The notes beneath the pieces are model-generated. The model was not told where the DNA came from. It saw nothing but the letters and a program-made list of their open reading frames with translations, and did not search any database. DNA of 64,000 nucleotides. It comes from Octopus vulgaris. Lineage: Eukaryota. The DNA lies in assembly GCA_951406725.2 (NCBI GenBank), contig OX597824.1:15562001-15626000 (forward strand). Reading direction: 5' to 3'. Below, piece after piece: positions 41,149 to 57,863 of this stretch (positions are counted from its first letter, which is position 1; every line of letters begins with the position of its first letter). The translations under genes were made by a program, and so were the position numbers.

Positions 41149-42333
41149 ATGTATGGGTGCGTGTGTGAGTGTGTGCATGCGTGCGTGCGTGTGTGTGTGT
41201 GGGTGTATGTATGTATTTTTGTATACAATGTTTTTGTATGTACGTATGTATGTATGTATGTATGTATGTCTACATGTTTGCTTGTACGTATGTATGTGCC
41301 TGTGATTATATAGAAAGAAAGAAAGAGAGAGAGAGAGAGAAAGTGAGAGAGAGAGAGAGAAAAAAAGAGAGAGAGAGAAAGAGAGAGAGATAAATAGGGA
41401 GAGGGAGAGAGAGAGACAAACAGACAGATTTAGAGTGGCAAATATTTCTTAATATATTGGTTGATTCTTAAGTAATTAAATCACTGTTTTAACCAAGAAA
41501 TATGTTGATTAATTAGACTCGTATTTTAATTACTAATGAGATCCAGAAGTATATTCCCCTAATTCACTGAAACAGAAAATTCGGCATTTAGGAAAAAAAA
41601 AAGGAAAATAAAGACCCCGAAAAATTAAAGAATTTAAAATAAAATATTAATATAATTAAAAATAAAAAAAATATTTAAAAAATAATTTGATGTTAATTTT
41701 ATGTTAATCTATATTTGAAACAGTTTCATTTTTTTTTTTGATATTTTTTTAACGGTTGTAGTTGGTATTTTCCGGTGATGTCTCACATCCACTCTGTCAG
41801 CCTTGGTTGAACAGGTCCATAATTATAGGCTGGAATGCCTGCTTAATCAAATGCGTTCTAGCCGTGACCATTGCGTCTGTTCGTAGTGGCACAGTAATGC
41901 CTATAGCTACATTATCATTGGTTTTTTTTTTTTGGTTGTTTGTTTTCATTTAGATATCATGATGCGTAATTCGAGGGTGATTTCGCTGCTATTTCTTGTA
42001 AGTCGAACGGCCATATAGTCGCTACTCCATTAGCAATTGTTGGTGTTTTGTTGAGGTAGATAATTGATGAATTGTGCCAGAAAACCGGTTTCTCTTGATA
42101 CTGGTTATCACATCACTTATAATGCCTTTTAGGCAAGACATGTTGAATACTTAAGGAGTTCTCTTCGCAATCATGAGGTCTCGCGTTCGATCCCAAGCAT
42201 CGGAGATAGAAAAAAAAAAAGAAAAAGAAAAAGAGAAAAAGGAAAAATAAAGACCCCGAAAAAGACACATAGATACATAGTAAAAGACACATAGATACAT
42301 TCACACAAGCATCGGAGACAAGAGATTAAAAAA

Positions 42334-43274
42334 GACTTATTCTTTGTAAGCCGGATACTTATTCTATCGGTCTCTTTTACCGAACCGCTAATTTACGGGG
42401 ACATAAACACACCAACATCGGTTGTCAAGAGATGGTGGTGGGGAATATCACAAGCACACAAACATACACACACACACACACACACACATACATACATATA
42501 TATACGGCGGGCTTCTTTCAGCTTCCGTCTACCAAAATTCTTTGGTCGGCCCGAGGCTATAGTAGAAGACACTTGCTCAAGGTGCTACACAGTGGGACTG
42601 AACTCGGACCCATGCGGTTGGGAAGCAAGCTTCTTACCACACAGCCACTCCTGTGCCTATTCGTAGCCACTTTAACATAGCTGACCGTTCGAGTGGACAC
42701 TATTGCGATTTTTTTTTACTATGTTAAAATTCTACCTAGTTCGACTTTGTCATTCATCCTTTCAGGGTCGATAAAAGAACTGCCAGAGAAGTGCTGGGGT
42801 CTAATCCATTCCCCTAAATTTCAAACCTTTACCTTATAGAAAAAATAATTATTACTGTGGAAGGGAAAATGTCTACTCTTTTACTCTTTTACTTGTTTCA
42901 GTCATTTGACTGTGGCCATGCTGGAGCACCGCCTTTAATCGAGCAAATCGACCCCGGGGACTTATTCTTTTGTAAGCCCAGTACTTATTCTATCGGTCTC
43001 TTTTGCCGAACCGCTAAGTAACGGGGACATAAACACACCAGCATCGGTTGTCAAGCAATGCTAGGGAGACAAACACAGACACACAAACACACACACGTGC
43101 ATATATATACACGACGGGCTTCTTTCAGTTTCCATCTACCAAATTCACTCACAAGGCTTTGGTCGGCCCGAGGCTATAGTAGAAGACACTTGCCCAAGGT
43201 GCCACGCAGTGGGACTGAACTCGGAATCATGTGGTTGGTTAGCAAGCTACTTACCACACAGCCACTCCTGCGCC
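42334..43274 (-). mobile_element. Two SINE family A copies (42334-42658, 42875-43274) flanking a family C fragment
   Basis: Standard family A blocks; the second copy is near full length. Confidence 0.87.
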
Positions 43275-43299
43275 TGGTGATATTTCTTCTGGTTCATTG

Positions 43300-43669
43300 C
43301 TGCCGAGGTCGACTTTGCCTTTCATCCTATGGAGATCGATAAAATAATTACCAGTTGAGTACTTGGGTCGACATATTCGACTCATCTCCCAACGTAGAAA
43401 TTGCTAGCCTTGAGCCAAAATTTGAAACTATTATTAGAATCGTTAGCGCGCTGGACGAAATGCTTAGCGATATTTCGTCCGCCGCTACGTTCTGTGTTCA
43501 ATTTCTACCGAGGGCAACTTTGGCTTTCATCCTTTTGGAGGTCGATAAAATAAGTATTAGTTGAGTTCTGGAGTCTATATAACCGACCTATCCCTCCCCC
43601 AAATTTCAGACCTTGTGCCTATTGTAGAAAGGATTATTATTATTATTATTATTATTATCATCATCATCA

Positions 43670-43759
<90 letters not shown>

Positions 43760-44460
43760 GGACAAAGCATTCTTTTGTACTCTATTCACAAGGACCAAAA
43801 ATTTTGGGGAGGTGGCCAGTCGATTAGACCCCTCCCAGTACGCAACTGGTACTTAATTTATCGATCCCGAAAGAATGAAAGGCAAAGTCGACATCAGCGG
43901 AATTTGAACTCAGAACGTAAAGGACAGACGAAATACTGCTAAGCGTGCTAACGTTTCTGCCAGCTCGCTGACTTTAAAAGGACGAAAGGCGAAGTCGGCA
44001 TCGGCGGAATTTGGACTCAGAACATAAAGACAGACGAAATAATATAAGGACGATGCATTACCATACAGAGACCTGTGATATACAGTATTTAACTTCGAAC
44101 CTCTGTGCTGCAGGTTCTCTTTCCAGCTTAGCTGGAATTTTCCTTTCATTTCTGAACAATTTTAATAGAAATATAAGAGATGAATTCAGTCACCTGTAGC
44201 ATTTTCAGAAAATGTCTGATCTTCTCTCAATGTTAGAATTAATTACATACTCCTGCATCACAGTTCCTAATCAAGACACAAGGCTACAGAATTCAGTGGA
44301 GAGGCTAATCAATTATGTTAGTTCCAGTATTTGACTGATACTTTATTTTATCAATCCTGGAGGGATGAAAGGCAAAGTTGAATGCAACAGGATTTGAACT
44401 CTGAAGCAAATTGGCTGAAATAAATACCGCAAGATATTGTGTGTGAGGCTGTAACAAGTC
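43300..44460. mobile_element. Cluster of degraded SINE family C copies on both strands around an (ATT)n tract
   Basis: GCCGAGGTCGACTTTGCC-like (+) at about 43302 and 43508; GAAAGGCAAAGT (-) at about 43877, 43985, 44367. Confidence 0.75.
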
Positions 44461-44488
44461 TATCTAATTCACAGACCTAAGACTGCTT

Positions 44489-44634
44489 CAGTCGTGGCCA
44501 AAAGTTCCGAACAGTTTTTTAAAAATTAAAATTGTTAAACCCAAGCAGAATTCGATTCAAATATAATAACTTTCGGCGTTTAATATAAAAATTCTAATTT
44601 CCGGACCTATGTTCCAAACTTTTCGCCACGACTG
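44489..44634. mobile_element. 146-bp Tc1-type MITE
   Basis: TIRs CAGTCGTGGCCAAAAGTTCCGAACA / TGTTCCAAACTTTTCGCCACGACTG; TA flanks decayed. Confidence 0.75.
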
Positions 44635-45184
44635 TGGATAAAGAATTCTTATATTTTGCTATCTGCATAACTGCGTTTGAGGGATTATAGAGGAGAATAA
44701 GTCACGGTGAGACGGGACCACAAGCTTGGTGTCTATTTTGCGGTGTAACACCACCAAAAAATAAGAAGAAATGACAATGATTATAAAAAAACCTCTTATC
44801 GTTTACCCCAAACACATTACGAAAAAATTGCATACCTAAAAAATTCCTAAATAATTTTGTGATGTATTAGTGTCAGAAACTAAACCATTTTATTTTTCTC
44901 CACTCACTACGGAAGAAATGTCGATACAATAAATAATTTAAAATAAGTAAATTAAATAAATATGCCACTCACCATCGAAATTGTCATACTGTCTGAATTA
45001 CGGGTATTATATCTATACTAATATACATACATACATACACTCACACATACATACACATACATATATACATACATACATACAAATATATATACACACATAC
45101 ATACATACATACATACATACATACATACATACATACATACATACATACATAAATACATACATACATACATACATACATACACAC

Positions 45185-45250
<66 letters not shown>

Positions 45251-45273
45251 ATATATATATATATGTATGTATG

Positions 45274-45314
<41 letters not shown>

Positions 45315-45413
45315 CAACAATTGAGGGTAAAATTAATTAGTTATTAATCAATTTCACCAAGTATTCAGTATGTAAAAGGACCATTTAAGGCGAATTATTT
45401 TACTAAGCCCTTT

Positions 45414-45463
<50 letters not shown>

Positions 45464-45869
45464 TCCATTGCATTGTACTGTAGAAACTGTGGGAGTATAT
45501 AAGTCCGAGCGGACATACGATTAAAGATTACGCTGGGTTGGTGGCTACGGGGTTATATCGGCCTAGCATACGGCTAGTACTTTATTTCGTCGACTAAGAA
45601 TTAACAAAAAAAAAAAAAAGAAAAGAAAATATCGCATTGCGTTCTATCCAGTTCGGCCAATTAACTGGATTACACCATTTGTTTATATATATATATATAT
45701 ATATACATACATTGATTGTCGTCTTAAATGTCATTAACTAGCAAGAATGAGCGACGCGTCTGCTAAAATACTTTTTTCCCTATTATCGGTCTGCTCTCGA
45801 TTTTCGTAAAGATAGATTATGAATTGTGTCCCTATCGGAGCAAAAAATCAACTTTTAACTGAGAAAGAA

Positions 45870-45949
<80 letters not shown>

Positions 45950-46079
45950 CTGAAATTTACTAGGATGATCCGGTTCCTGACTGAAGATTAGAGGCTTCGA
46001 ATGACCCGTCCGTTTTTTGTGTCGTCTGTTTGTGTATTTTGCGTTCTTGTCCCATTTTGTATTTTTATATATAAATATT

Positions 46080-46126
<47 letters not shown>

Positions 46127-46174
46127 TACTATAATACTTTTTTCCTATTATCGGATAGCTCTCGATGTGTGTGT

Positions 46175-46261
<87 letters not shown>

Positions 46262-46458
46262 GTATGTCTTTTAATCTGTTTTTTCGTTGTTTGAAAAATA
46301 GTTCGTTTCCATGATTTTGTTTTTGTGTTTTCGTTTCTCATTTTGTCCCTCGTCTTTTGGTGTCCTGTACCCATATATGCACGTATATATACATATAGAT
46401 GTAGGTATGTGCATATGTGTATGTATATATGCATATGTTTTAGTTATTAATTTGTTAT

Positions 46459-46477
<19 letters not shown>

Positions 46478-46506
<29 letters not shown>

Positions 46507-46751
46507 TGTATGTATGTATGTATGTACGTACGTACGTATGTATGTATGTATGTATGTGTGTATTTATGTATGTATGCATGCATGTATGTATGTATGTATG
46601 TATGTATGCATGTATGTATGTACGTACGTATGTATGTATGTATGTACGTATGTATGTATTTATGTATGTATGCATGCATGCATGTATGTATGTATGTATG
46701 TATGTATGTATGTATGTATGCATGTATGTATTTATGTATGTATGTATGTAC

Positions 46752-46782
<31 letters not shown>

Positions 46783-47116
46783 TGTATGTATGTATGTACG
46801 TACGTATGTATGTAGTTATGTATGTATGCATGCATGTATTTATGTATGTATGTATGTATGCATGTATGTATTTATGTATGTATGTATGTACCTATGTATG
46901 TATTTATGTATGTATGTATGTATGTATGTACGTACGTATGTATGTATGTATGTATGTATGTATGCATGTATGTATGTATGTATGTATGTATGTATGTATG
47001 TATGTATGTATGTATGTATGTATGCATGCATGTACGTACGTACGTATGTATGTATGTATGTATGTATGTATGTATGTATGTATGTATGTATGTATGTATG
47101 TATGTATGTATGTATG
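46478..47116. repeat. (TATG)n imperfect microsatellite, about 640 bp
   Basis: Read directly; source of MYVC-repeat ORFs. Confidence 0.95.
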
Positions 47117-47833
47117 TTTTGGTTTTTATTCTTAAATGCCATTAACTAAAAGAATGAGAGAGGTGTATCTGCCAAAATACTTTGCCTCGCGTCTTAACTG
47201 TCTATGTTCGATTTCCGTAAAGATAATTTATAAATTTTCTCCCTGCTGGGTCAAAAGTCGACTTTTAGCTGAGAGTTGGAAAAAGATCTTATCCATCCAT
47301 ACAATTCTAGACATGCTCTTTAACTTAAATATTATTATTTAATATTTGAGCAAGAAGCACAACTCACATAATATGCAGTATGGTTAAATAGATATGAAAA
47401 TATGAAATTTCCTAATTTACGATAAGGCATAGTCTAAGCAGAATTGGGTATTATATTACAATAATGACATCTCCTTACAACTCTTAATGACCAATACCTA
47501 ATTGGTGTTAATTAGTTAATTAAATATGTGGCTGGAAATGTATGCAAGTGTTATAATAGATGAAGCATGCCTATATACGTGTGTCTGTGTTTATGTGTGA
47601 GTGTGTGTGCATGACTGTATATGTGTACCTGTGTGTGTGTGTGTGTAACTTTATGCGTGTATCTGTGTGTGTGTGTGCTTGTGAATGCGCCTTGAGTGTG
47701 CATGTGTGTGTGTGTGTGCATGTGTGTGTATGTAGATTTATCTATATATTATTTAGGTTGCTCCAATGGACTTTTAACTCTGGAACATTCATGACGGCGA
47801 GCGGAATCAGGCGAGGGAGAGATTAAGCCATCT

Positions 47834-47946
<113 letters not shown>

Positions 47947-47966
47947 CACATCACACACACAAACGA

Positions 47967-48037
<71 letters not shown>

Positions 48038-48161
48038 TATACATATATATATACATATCTATATATTTATATATATATATATATATACACATATATATAT
48101 ATATATATATAAGTTTATGAATGTGTTGCAAGATCCCTGGCGCAAAATTTACCATTCCGAA

Positions 48162-48206
<45 letters not shown>

Positions 48207-48336
48207 TGTGTGTAAGAGTGTATGTGTTCTGTGTATAAGTATGTACATGCTGATAAGATGTTTCTCTATATTATATAAAATATATAAAAACTGTACGTAC
48301 ATATACGGCTAAATATGAGTGTATATGTATATATGT

Positions 48337-48379
<43 letters not shown>

Positions 48380-48738
48380 GCGTATGCATATGTATACGAT
48401 ATATATATATATATATGTGTGTACTAGATATGCATATATATGTATATACAAACGTATATGAATGTATGTGTATATGTATGCACATGGATATATGTATATA
48501 TACACAAACATTCATGTATATATATAAAGTCGCTTTTAAGTTAGATAAACAAAATTTTACACTAAATTGAAGGAAATGAAGAATTACAAATAAATGTATA
48601 TATATGTATATACACACGTGAGTGTATACATGTGTATGTAGCGCATCTGATAATAGTATTCAAAAGCGTGTTGTTGTTGTTGCTGTTATTATTATTATTA
48701 AAATAATTATTATTATTAATATTGTTATTATTATTAAA

Positions 48739-48818
<80 letters not shown>

Positions 48819-48930
48819 CATTATTATTATTATCTAATGGACGAGTGTACTAACTTGTGTATCAAATACATAATACTATTTACCGAAGAGTCTCAGACAG
48901 ATTTTTATCACTTATCAGTTAAGACAGTGA

Positions 48931-49016
<86 letters not shown>

Positions 49017-49053
49017 AATACATATACATATATATATGTATATATATATATAT

Positions 49054-49086
<33 letters not shown>

Positions 49087-49834
49087 AATATATATATATA
49101 ATATATATATACATACATATGCGTGTTTGTATATATGTGAATATATATATATTTATATTTATATATATATATAAGTATATATTCACTTATATAAACATTT
49201 ATTCACACTTGTACTGCATATGCATATATATATATACATATATATGTTTATATATATATACATATATATGTTTATATATATATACATATATATGTTTATA
49301 TATATATACATATATATGTTTATATATATACGCATATATACATACATATATATATATGTAAATACTTATATGTTAATTCAGAGAGGAATGCATATATATC
49401 GTTATATCCATTAATTTCGGTAATATATACGTACACATATACACATGTGCACATGAATATATGTATCTAACATCATCACATTATACACAAATACACGCAC
49501 GCACATATGCGTATATGATTGTATACAATATGATTGTTACATAGGGCATTATATCTTATTGTTATAGTCTGAAAATATCCCATCTGCATTCTTGCATCCA
49601 GTGCGTTTGCTGATAAAATGAAAGGATTTCAATTTAACTATTAAGCACATAAATTGCGTTCAGCAAGCTTTCAAGATTTTTACGACCGTTGTATATTATG
49701 TACATGTTTTTAGTTCAACAGTGGCTGTTGTAGTGAATTATCAATATTACATAACGTTTGGTGTTTATTATCTTATTTCTCTGTGTGGTACATGTAACAT
49801 TCATTATGTGTGTTAATGTTCTATAGATATGAAT

Positions 49835-50224
49835 CAGTGGTCCTTAACTATTCTTTATCTATGGACCCTTATGATTCTAATTTTATTCTGACAGACCACA
49901 TAGCCATTCCAGGTTTAGAAAATAGTTTCATAAATACATCTTTATTAATTTCTACTTTGTTTTTCGGGCGTTCACTTGTGTAAGGTAGCAACAGCATTCT
50001 CTAAATTAACATGTTTGATTGACCAGCAACATGTTAAATTGTGTAAAAGATTATATTAAGAAAATTTAACTGTTTCTCGCAATACATACATCTAAAACAG
50101 AATTTTTTCATGGACGATTAAAATAATACTGATGATGCCTAATTTTTTATTTTACATGAGTGAGGGCCCGAAGATACCTTCACGGGAGCACAGGGTCCGT
50201 ATGGACCACGGTTGAGAAACACTG
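49835..50224. mobile_element. hAT (Charlie-like) non-autonomous element
   Basis: TIRs CAGTGGTCCTTAAC / CAGTGTTTCTCAAC; 8-bp TSD ATATGAAT / ATATAAAT (7 of 8); subterminal ATGGACC motifs. Confidence 0.8.
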
Positions 50225-50304
50225 ATATAAATCCAAGTGCCATAATACCGCCGTAATTCTAATGCCTCGATTCATGTGCTCGTGTGTTTATGTGTGTGTG
50301 TGTG

Positions 50305-50361
<57 letters not shown>

Positions 50362-50431
50362 ATATGTGTGCATAAATATATGTGTATGTATGTATGTATG
50401 CAGGTATGTATTTGTGTGTGTATATACGTAC

Positions 50432-50516
<85 letters not shown>

Positions 50517-50684
50517 AACACATTTACATGTTAGTCTAAAGACAAACACGAATGTGTTTCGCAATTTATACACAAAAAACAAATATATATTATCTACACA
50601 CACAAACACACGCATGACTATATGTAAAAATGTACATATATTTACTCATTTATAGATTTGTACATCATATATATATATATATAT

Positions 50685-50766
<82 letters not shown>

Positions 50767-50966
50767 CATATACATATGTATTTATTTTTTATTTCATATC
50801 TACATGTATTTATTATCATATATATATATATATGCATGTATATAGGCATGGGTACCTAAAAAAAAATTTTAAATCTCATCATATATATTGAAATGGTAGT
50901 GATCAGCTGCTCGTCCCAGCCAATCGGCTACATTATCATTACTACATCGCACACGTGTATGTCTGT

Positions 50967-51025
<59 letters not shown>

Positions 51026-51260
51026 TGTAGATAGATAGATGTTTCAGTTCAGAGCTTCGGCCATGCTGATGCACCGCCGCTTTGTGCTACACTGTTATTA
51101 CGAAGAGCCATACACACACACACACAGAGACACGCACACACACACATATATATATATACATATATACAGATATATATACATATATACATATATATATATA
51201 CATATATATATATTTATATAAATATTAATATATATAAATAGATATATATAAACGCATGCA

Positions 51261-51310
<50 letters not shown>

Positions 51311-51328
51311 TAAATACATACATATATG

Positions 51329-51385
<57 letters not shown>

Positions 51386-51700
51386 GTTGATATCAATATA
51401 TATGCATGTATATAGATATATATATAGACATATCTAATACACACACACACATATACATGTTAGATAGGTATATGTGAGAGTCTGTATATATATAATTATA
51501 TATCTATATCTATCTATTTATCTCTAAATAAATATATATCTACATATGTACATATTGATATGCGTTTGAGAATGTATGTATGTACACATATACATACATA
51601 CACGTATATGAGTGTGTGTTGCTCATGTGTGTTTGTGTTTATAAATTAACACACATGACATTTGCCATAGAAGATGAAAATGGTTAAGGAACACAAGATA

Positions 51701-52102
51701 GGCGCAGGAGTGGCTGTGTGGTAAGTAGCTTGCTAACCAACCACATGGTTCCGGGTTCAGTCCCACTGCGTAGCATCTTGGGCAAGTGTCTTCTGCTATA
51801 GCCCCGGGTCGACCAATGCCTTGTGAGTGGATTTGGTAGACGGAAACTGAAAGAAGCCTGTCGTATATATGTATATATATATGTGTGTGTGTGTATGTGT
51901 GTTTGTGTGTCTATGTTTGTCTCCCTAGCATTGCTTGACAACCGATACTGGTGTGTTTACGTCCCCGTCACTTAGCGATAGAATAAGTACTGGGCTTACA
52001 AAGAATAAGTCCCGGGGTCGATTTGCTCGACTAAAGGCGGTGCTCCAGCATGGCCGCAGTCAAATGACTGAAACAAGTAAAAGAGTAAAAGAGAGTAAAG
52101 AG
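51701..52102 (+). mobile_element. SINE family A, near full length
   Basis: GGCGCAGGAGTGGCTGTGTGG head to (GAGTAAAA)n tail. Confidence 0.92.
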
Positions 52103-52581
52103 TATAGAACAAAGACGACGACAGCACTAAGAGTCCATTCACACCACTCCTGTGACAGGGGATCGGCAGTCACTTCTAACCTCAAACGGAGCATTGTTGC
52201 TGACCAAGCCATAGCGACATGATAGGAAAATGGTTGAAAGAGTCGTAGTAGGCGTGTCCACTCACTCACTCACTCAAATCGCGGCTCATCCACTTTTGCG
52301 TTAATTCTTCTGCAAGCAAGCACACACGCACAGACATGCACGCGCACTACATTCAGATATATGTATAGACAACGATATGAATGTATGTATGTATGTACGT
52401 ATATATATGTGTGTGTTTGTGAGTGTGGGTATGTGTGTGAGTGTGTGTGTGTATCTGTGTGTGCGCACGCATGTGTGTGTGTAAATATATATGTATGTAT
52501 ACATACGTATTTATATATATATATGTATTAAATATAAAAACATATGTATATATATATGTATATGTATATATATATTTATAA

Positions 52582-52645
<64 letters not shown>

Positions 52646-53357
52646 ATGTATATTGAGGTATATGTATATATATTTAGTATTTATAAATGTACATTAGTAT
52701 CTATGTTTTTATATAATACACTTTTACATATATGTACGAATATGAATGTATTTGCATAAGTGTGTATGTGTGTATATAAATAAATAAATAAATATATATA
52801 TATATCGATAGATGGAAATGTTGATACAAAGACAGACAGACAAATAGGTAGAACAGTAGATGGATAAATAGATAGTGACATTTTGGCCATTCTTATTTAA
52901 AAACAAAAATATTTAGGATTTACAAGTATCAATCTTAAGCTGGAGAGCTATATCCCGTTATATTATTAGTTCTTCTAAATAATGTGGTTGCGTATTGCTT
53001 ATATATATACATATAACTAATATGTATATATATATATATATATATATATGCATATATATGCATATATGTGTACAGGACGTCACCAACTGTGTAAACAACA
53101 TGAAATACGAAAACAGACGAGTTAAATACGCGAACAACGAGAGGGAAAAAATAGAAAAAAGTAACAGCGAGAACAAGCCTTCATCAGTTGTCGGCTGACT
53201 GTCTACTCCTCATTTCGAGCATTCAACAATACATACGTACATACATACATACATATATGTATATATGTATATATATATATATAGGTTTATCTAAGTTTAT
53301 GTGTGTGTATATATATATATATATATATAGGTGTATCTAAGTGTATGTGTGTGTGTG

Positions 53358-53400
<43 letters not shown>

Positions 53401-53422
53401 TATATATGTGTTTATATATGTT

Positions 53423-53542
<120 letters not shown>

Positions 53543-53574
53543 TATATATATATTTATGAATAAATATATATATG

Positions 53575-53678
<104 letters not shown>

Positions 53679-54045
53679 TATATATATGTATATATGTGTG
53701 TATATAATTTCAGGAAGCGCAAATTAACGTACCAAGCATTGCGTCCAAGACACAATGCTACTTATCTTCAATCATGCCTCCGAAATTAACTTCTTTACTT
53801 GTTTTCACTAGCACTCGTTAAACAAACAATTCGGGAACGTTCAACTTTCTTTTTGTTGCCAATTAAATTAAAATCTATAAGGATTTGCTGACAAATGGAA
53901 TATAGTGTGTGGTGTTCACGTTTGGCTCGTCGTCTAATCCAAATTATCGTTCTGAGAATAACAGTATATATTATTAAAATTTAACAAAATGAAAATACAT
54001 ACATTCACACACGTGCGCGCATATATGAGTGTGTGTGTGTGTTTG

Positions 54046-54101
<56 letters not shown>

Positions 54102-54208
54102 CAAACATATATATATATATATATGTATGTATTTTTCTGTATATGTGTGTATCTAATCTATCAATCAATCGATGTATGTATATATAAAATATATATTCAT
54201 TTGCATCT

Positions 54209-54270
<62 letters not shown>

Positions 54271-54337
54271 CTTTACCTATGTATATACATGTATATATTT
54301 ATATATTTATATTTATATATATATATATTTATCTATG

Positions 54338-54376
<39 letters not shown>

Positions 54377-54823
54377 TATTTTAAATCGGCAGGAAAATAG
54401 AGAGGGAACTCGTCAAACCACGAGGATGTCGTGGATTTTAAGATGTTTAACACCATAGACAGCGACATCTATGATGTTAAACCGTTCCTGGGTAAATATC
54501 TCCAACGAATTCAGGATAATTCGCCTACCTCCAAATAAAATTCTGCAAATAATAACTCTCTACTCGAATGGGCTATGGGACCCCCATGAATGCTTCATAT
54601 AAAACGACCCGAAATCTCTTTTCCAAGTGGTACTATTATGCTAGACATGGCCTGGGCTAATAATGGTCGAAACTTTACAAAGGAAAGAATTAAACATTGT
54701 AGAATAAGTAAATGATTAGATGGAAAGCGATTCTGATACTTCTGAAACTGTCACACATATATATTGGTATTAAATTTATGTACCTTTCTAGATAATATAT
54801 ATAGATAATATATATATATATGT

Positions 54824-54891
<68 letters not shown>

Positions 54892-55031
54892 TATTATTAT
54901 AATAATAATAATAATAATTATAATAACAATAATAATATATGTATGTATATAGGTGTATGTTTATTTGTTCATAATATATACATACACACTCGCTCACACA
55001 TATAAGTATATATATTAGATATATGTATGTA

Positions 55032-55088
<57 letters not shown>

Positions 55089-55165
55089 GCATACTTGTTA
55101 TTTGCGTATATCTACATATATATACATATATATATATACATACACACTTATATACATATACTTAC

Positions 55166-55213
<48 letters not shown>

Positions 55214-55236
55214 GTATGTATATGTATATGTATATA

Positions 55237-55313
<77 letters not shown>

Positions 55314-55574
55314 TTGCCACGTCAACTCCATAATGCAACCGAAAATTTTTGGTTACTTTTGTATATGTTATATGAGTTTGTTTTTCGCTTTTACATTGCT
55401 ATGAATATTTTGAAAAGATATATTAAGAAAATATTTGTATCATGTTATGTTATTGGTTTGAGGTTGTGAGTATTATGTTTCCTATTTCACATATATATGA
55501 TTATTGTTTTGATATACATATATATATATACATATATATAATACTATACATATACACATATATATAAACACATA

Positions 55575-55612
<38 letters not shown>

Positions 55613-55744
55613 TAAATTTAACTGATAGAAACTCGAATACATGCACACACCGTCGGCTCTTTTCCTATGTTCCTGTCAATTTGCTTATATGTGTGTCTTC
55701 TAAGAGTTATACGTTCTTGTCCATGTTGTATTTTTCTACATACC

Positions 55745-55810
<66 letters not shown>

Positions 55811-56361
55811 GCCATGCATGTATCTGTGTTTGTGAGTGTGTGTGTATGTATATACGATTTTATGTATATATGTATATATGTGAGAAACATACATTCACTA
55901 GTGTTCGTGTGTGTATATACATACATACATACATACCTTACCATTTTTATCAATATATATATATATATGGTAATAACATGAAACTATGTGTAGCTCTTTC
56001 GGTTGTGTATTTAAGATTATATATATATATATATAATCTCTTATTAATTTGCTTGTTGCACTTTTCTGGGTGCGGTTAAACTGGGGAGACCCTATAGATA
56101 TTATTATGGTTTCCCGAAAATCCTTCTCTCTCTCCCTCTTTCTCTTTCTCTCTTTCTCCTCCCCTCTCTCTCTCTGTCTCTCACTGACTCACTCTCAATT
56201 CCTCACTCTGTTTCTTTTATGTACATGAGAGATTTCGTTGCTGCTGTTAGGGATGTATGTCGGATATATGTTCGTCTTTGATCACCTACAAAAATTTTAT
56301 CCAGGTGTCACTCAACAACACATCGATCCACATAGAGACTCACACGCACACACCCAAAACT

Positions 56362-56412
<51 letters not shown>

Positions 56413-56820
56413 CAAACACACACACACTGATATACACACGAGTGTTATATGATATTATTTACCTTGAATAAATTGTATATATATGCAATTTTGGGGACTA
56501 AGGGGTGGGTATATGTCAGTTTGTGTGCTGAGTAAAGCACGTTCACAGTTTGGGCTACCTGGTGTCATCCACTTTTGGGGCATCCATCTTCCGTTTCATT
56601 CATCGATTATTATTATATGTATATATGTGAGTATATGCATACATACCTATGTATGTATATATATATTTTTTTTATATATACATATATATAGATATACACA
56701 CACGCGTATATATATATACATATATACATACATGCATATAAATATACTCACACACACGCATATATATTTTTTACTCTTTTACTCGTTTCAGCCATGCGAC
56801 TGCGGTCATGCTGGAGCACA

Positions 56821-56854
<34 letters not shown>

Positions 56855-57193
56855 GCATATATGTTATACATATATATATATAGTGTAGATATATATATAT
56901 AAGATATACATCTGTAGCTTACTTTGTGTATTTATATTAGTATAAGCGTCTGTATGAGTACTTGTTTATATAATTTAAATATCATAGGCTTCTGGGGCCG
57001 GTTTCCTTGATACTGTGGGACATATGTTCCCCCTGCTGGTACGGGATACCGGTCCCTCGCAGAATTACTCATTTTCTCAGCGGTTGAATGGACTTGTAAG
57101 GTCAAATTGAAACCACAATGTTACAAGTGTGAGTTGTACGCCTTAACCACTATTCAACGCTTCTCCAAGTGTCTGTATAATGTATATGTATAG

Positions 57194-57487
57194 AGGCGCA
57201 GACGTAGCTGTGGTTTAAGAAGTTTGCTTCCCAACCAAATGGTTCCGGTTTCAGTTCCACTGCGTGGCACCTTGGGCAAGTGTCTTCTGCTGTAGCCTCG
57301 GGCTGACAAAAGCCTTGTTAGTGGATTTGGTAGACGGAAACTGAAAGAAGCCCGTTATATATACATATATATATGTGTGTGTGAGTGTATGTATGTGTGT
57401 CTGTGTTTCTCCTCAGATACATTCGACTATAAATTCTAGAAGGCGGTGCGCCAGCATGGCCGCACTCTAATGACTGAAACAAGTAAA
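57194..57487 (+). mobile_element. SINE family A with internal deletion
   Basis: Head GGCGCAGACGTAGCTGTGG, GGATTTGGTAGACGGAAACTG, tail CCAGCATGGCCGCA. Confidence 0.8.
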
Positions 57488-57577
57488 CCACAAAAGATGC
57501 ACACGCGCACACACACATGTATGCACACACAATCACACACATACATACAAACACGTACACACATACACAGATACACA

Positions 57578-57609
<32 letters not shown>

Positions 57610-57773
57610 TTATTATTATGGCGCAAGGTCAGCAGTTTTGCGAGATGTGTAAGTTGATTGTATCAACCCCAGTTCATAACTGGTACTTAATTTCTTAAAC
57701 CCCACAGGTGATGAGCAAAGTCGACCTTGAATGCCGCTAAGCATCTTATCCGATGTATTTGCGTATCTGTATG

Positions 57774-57863
<90 letters not shown>

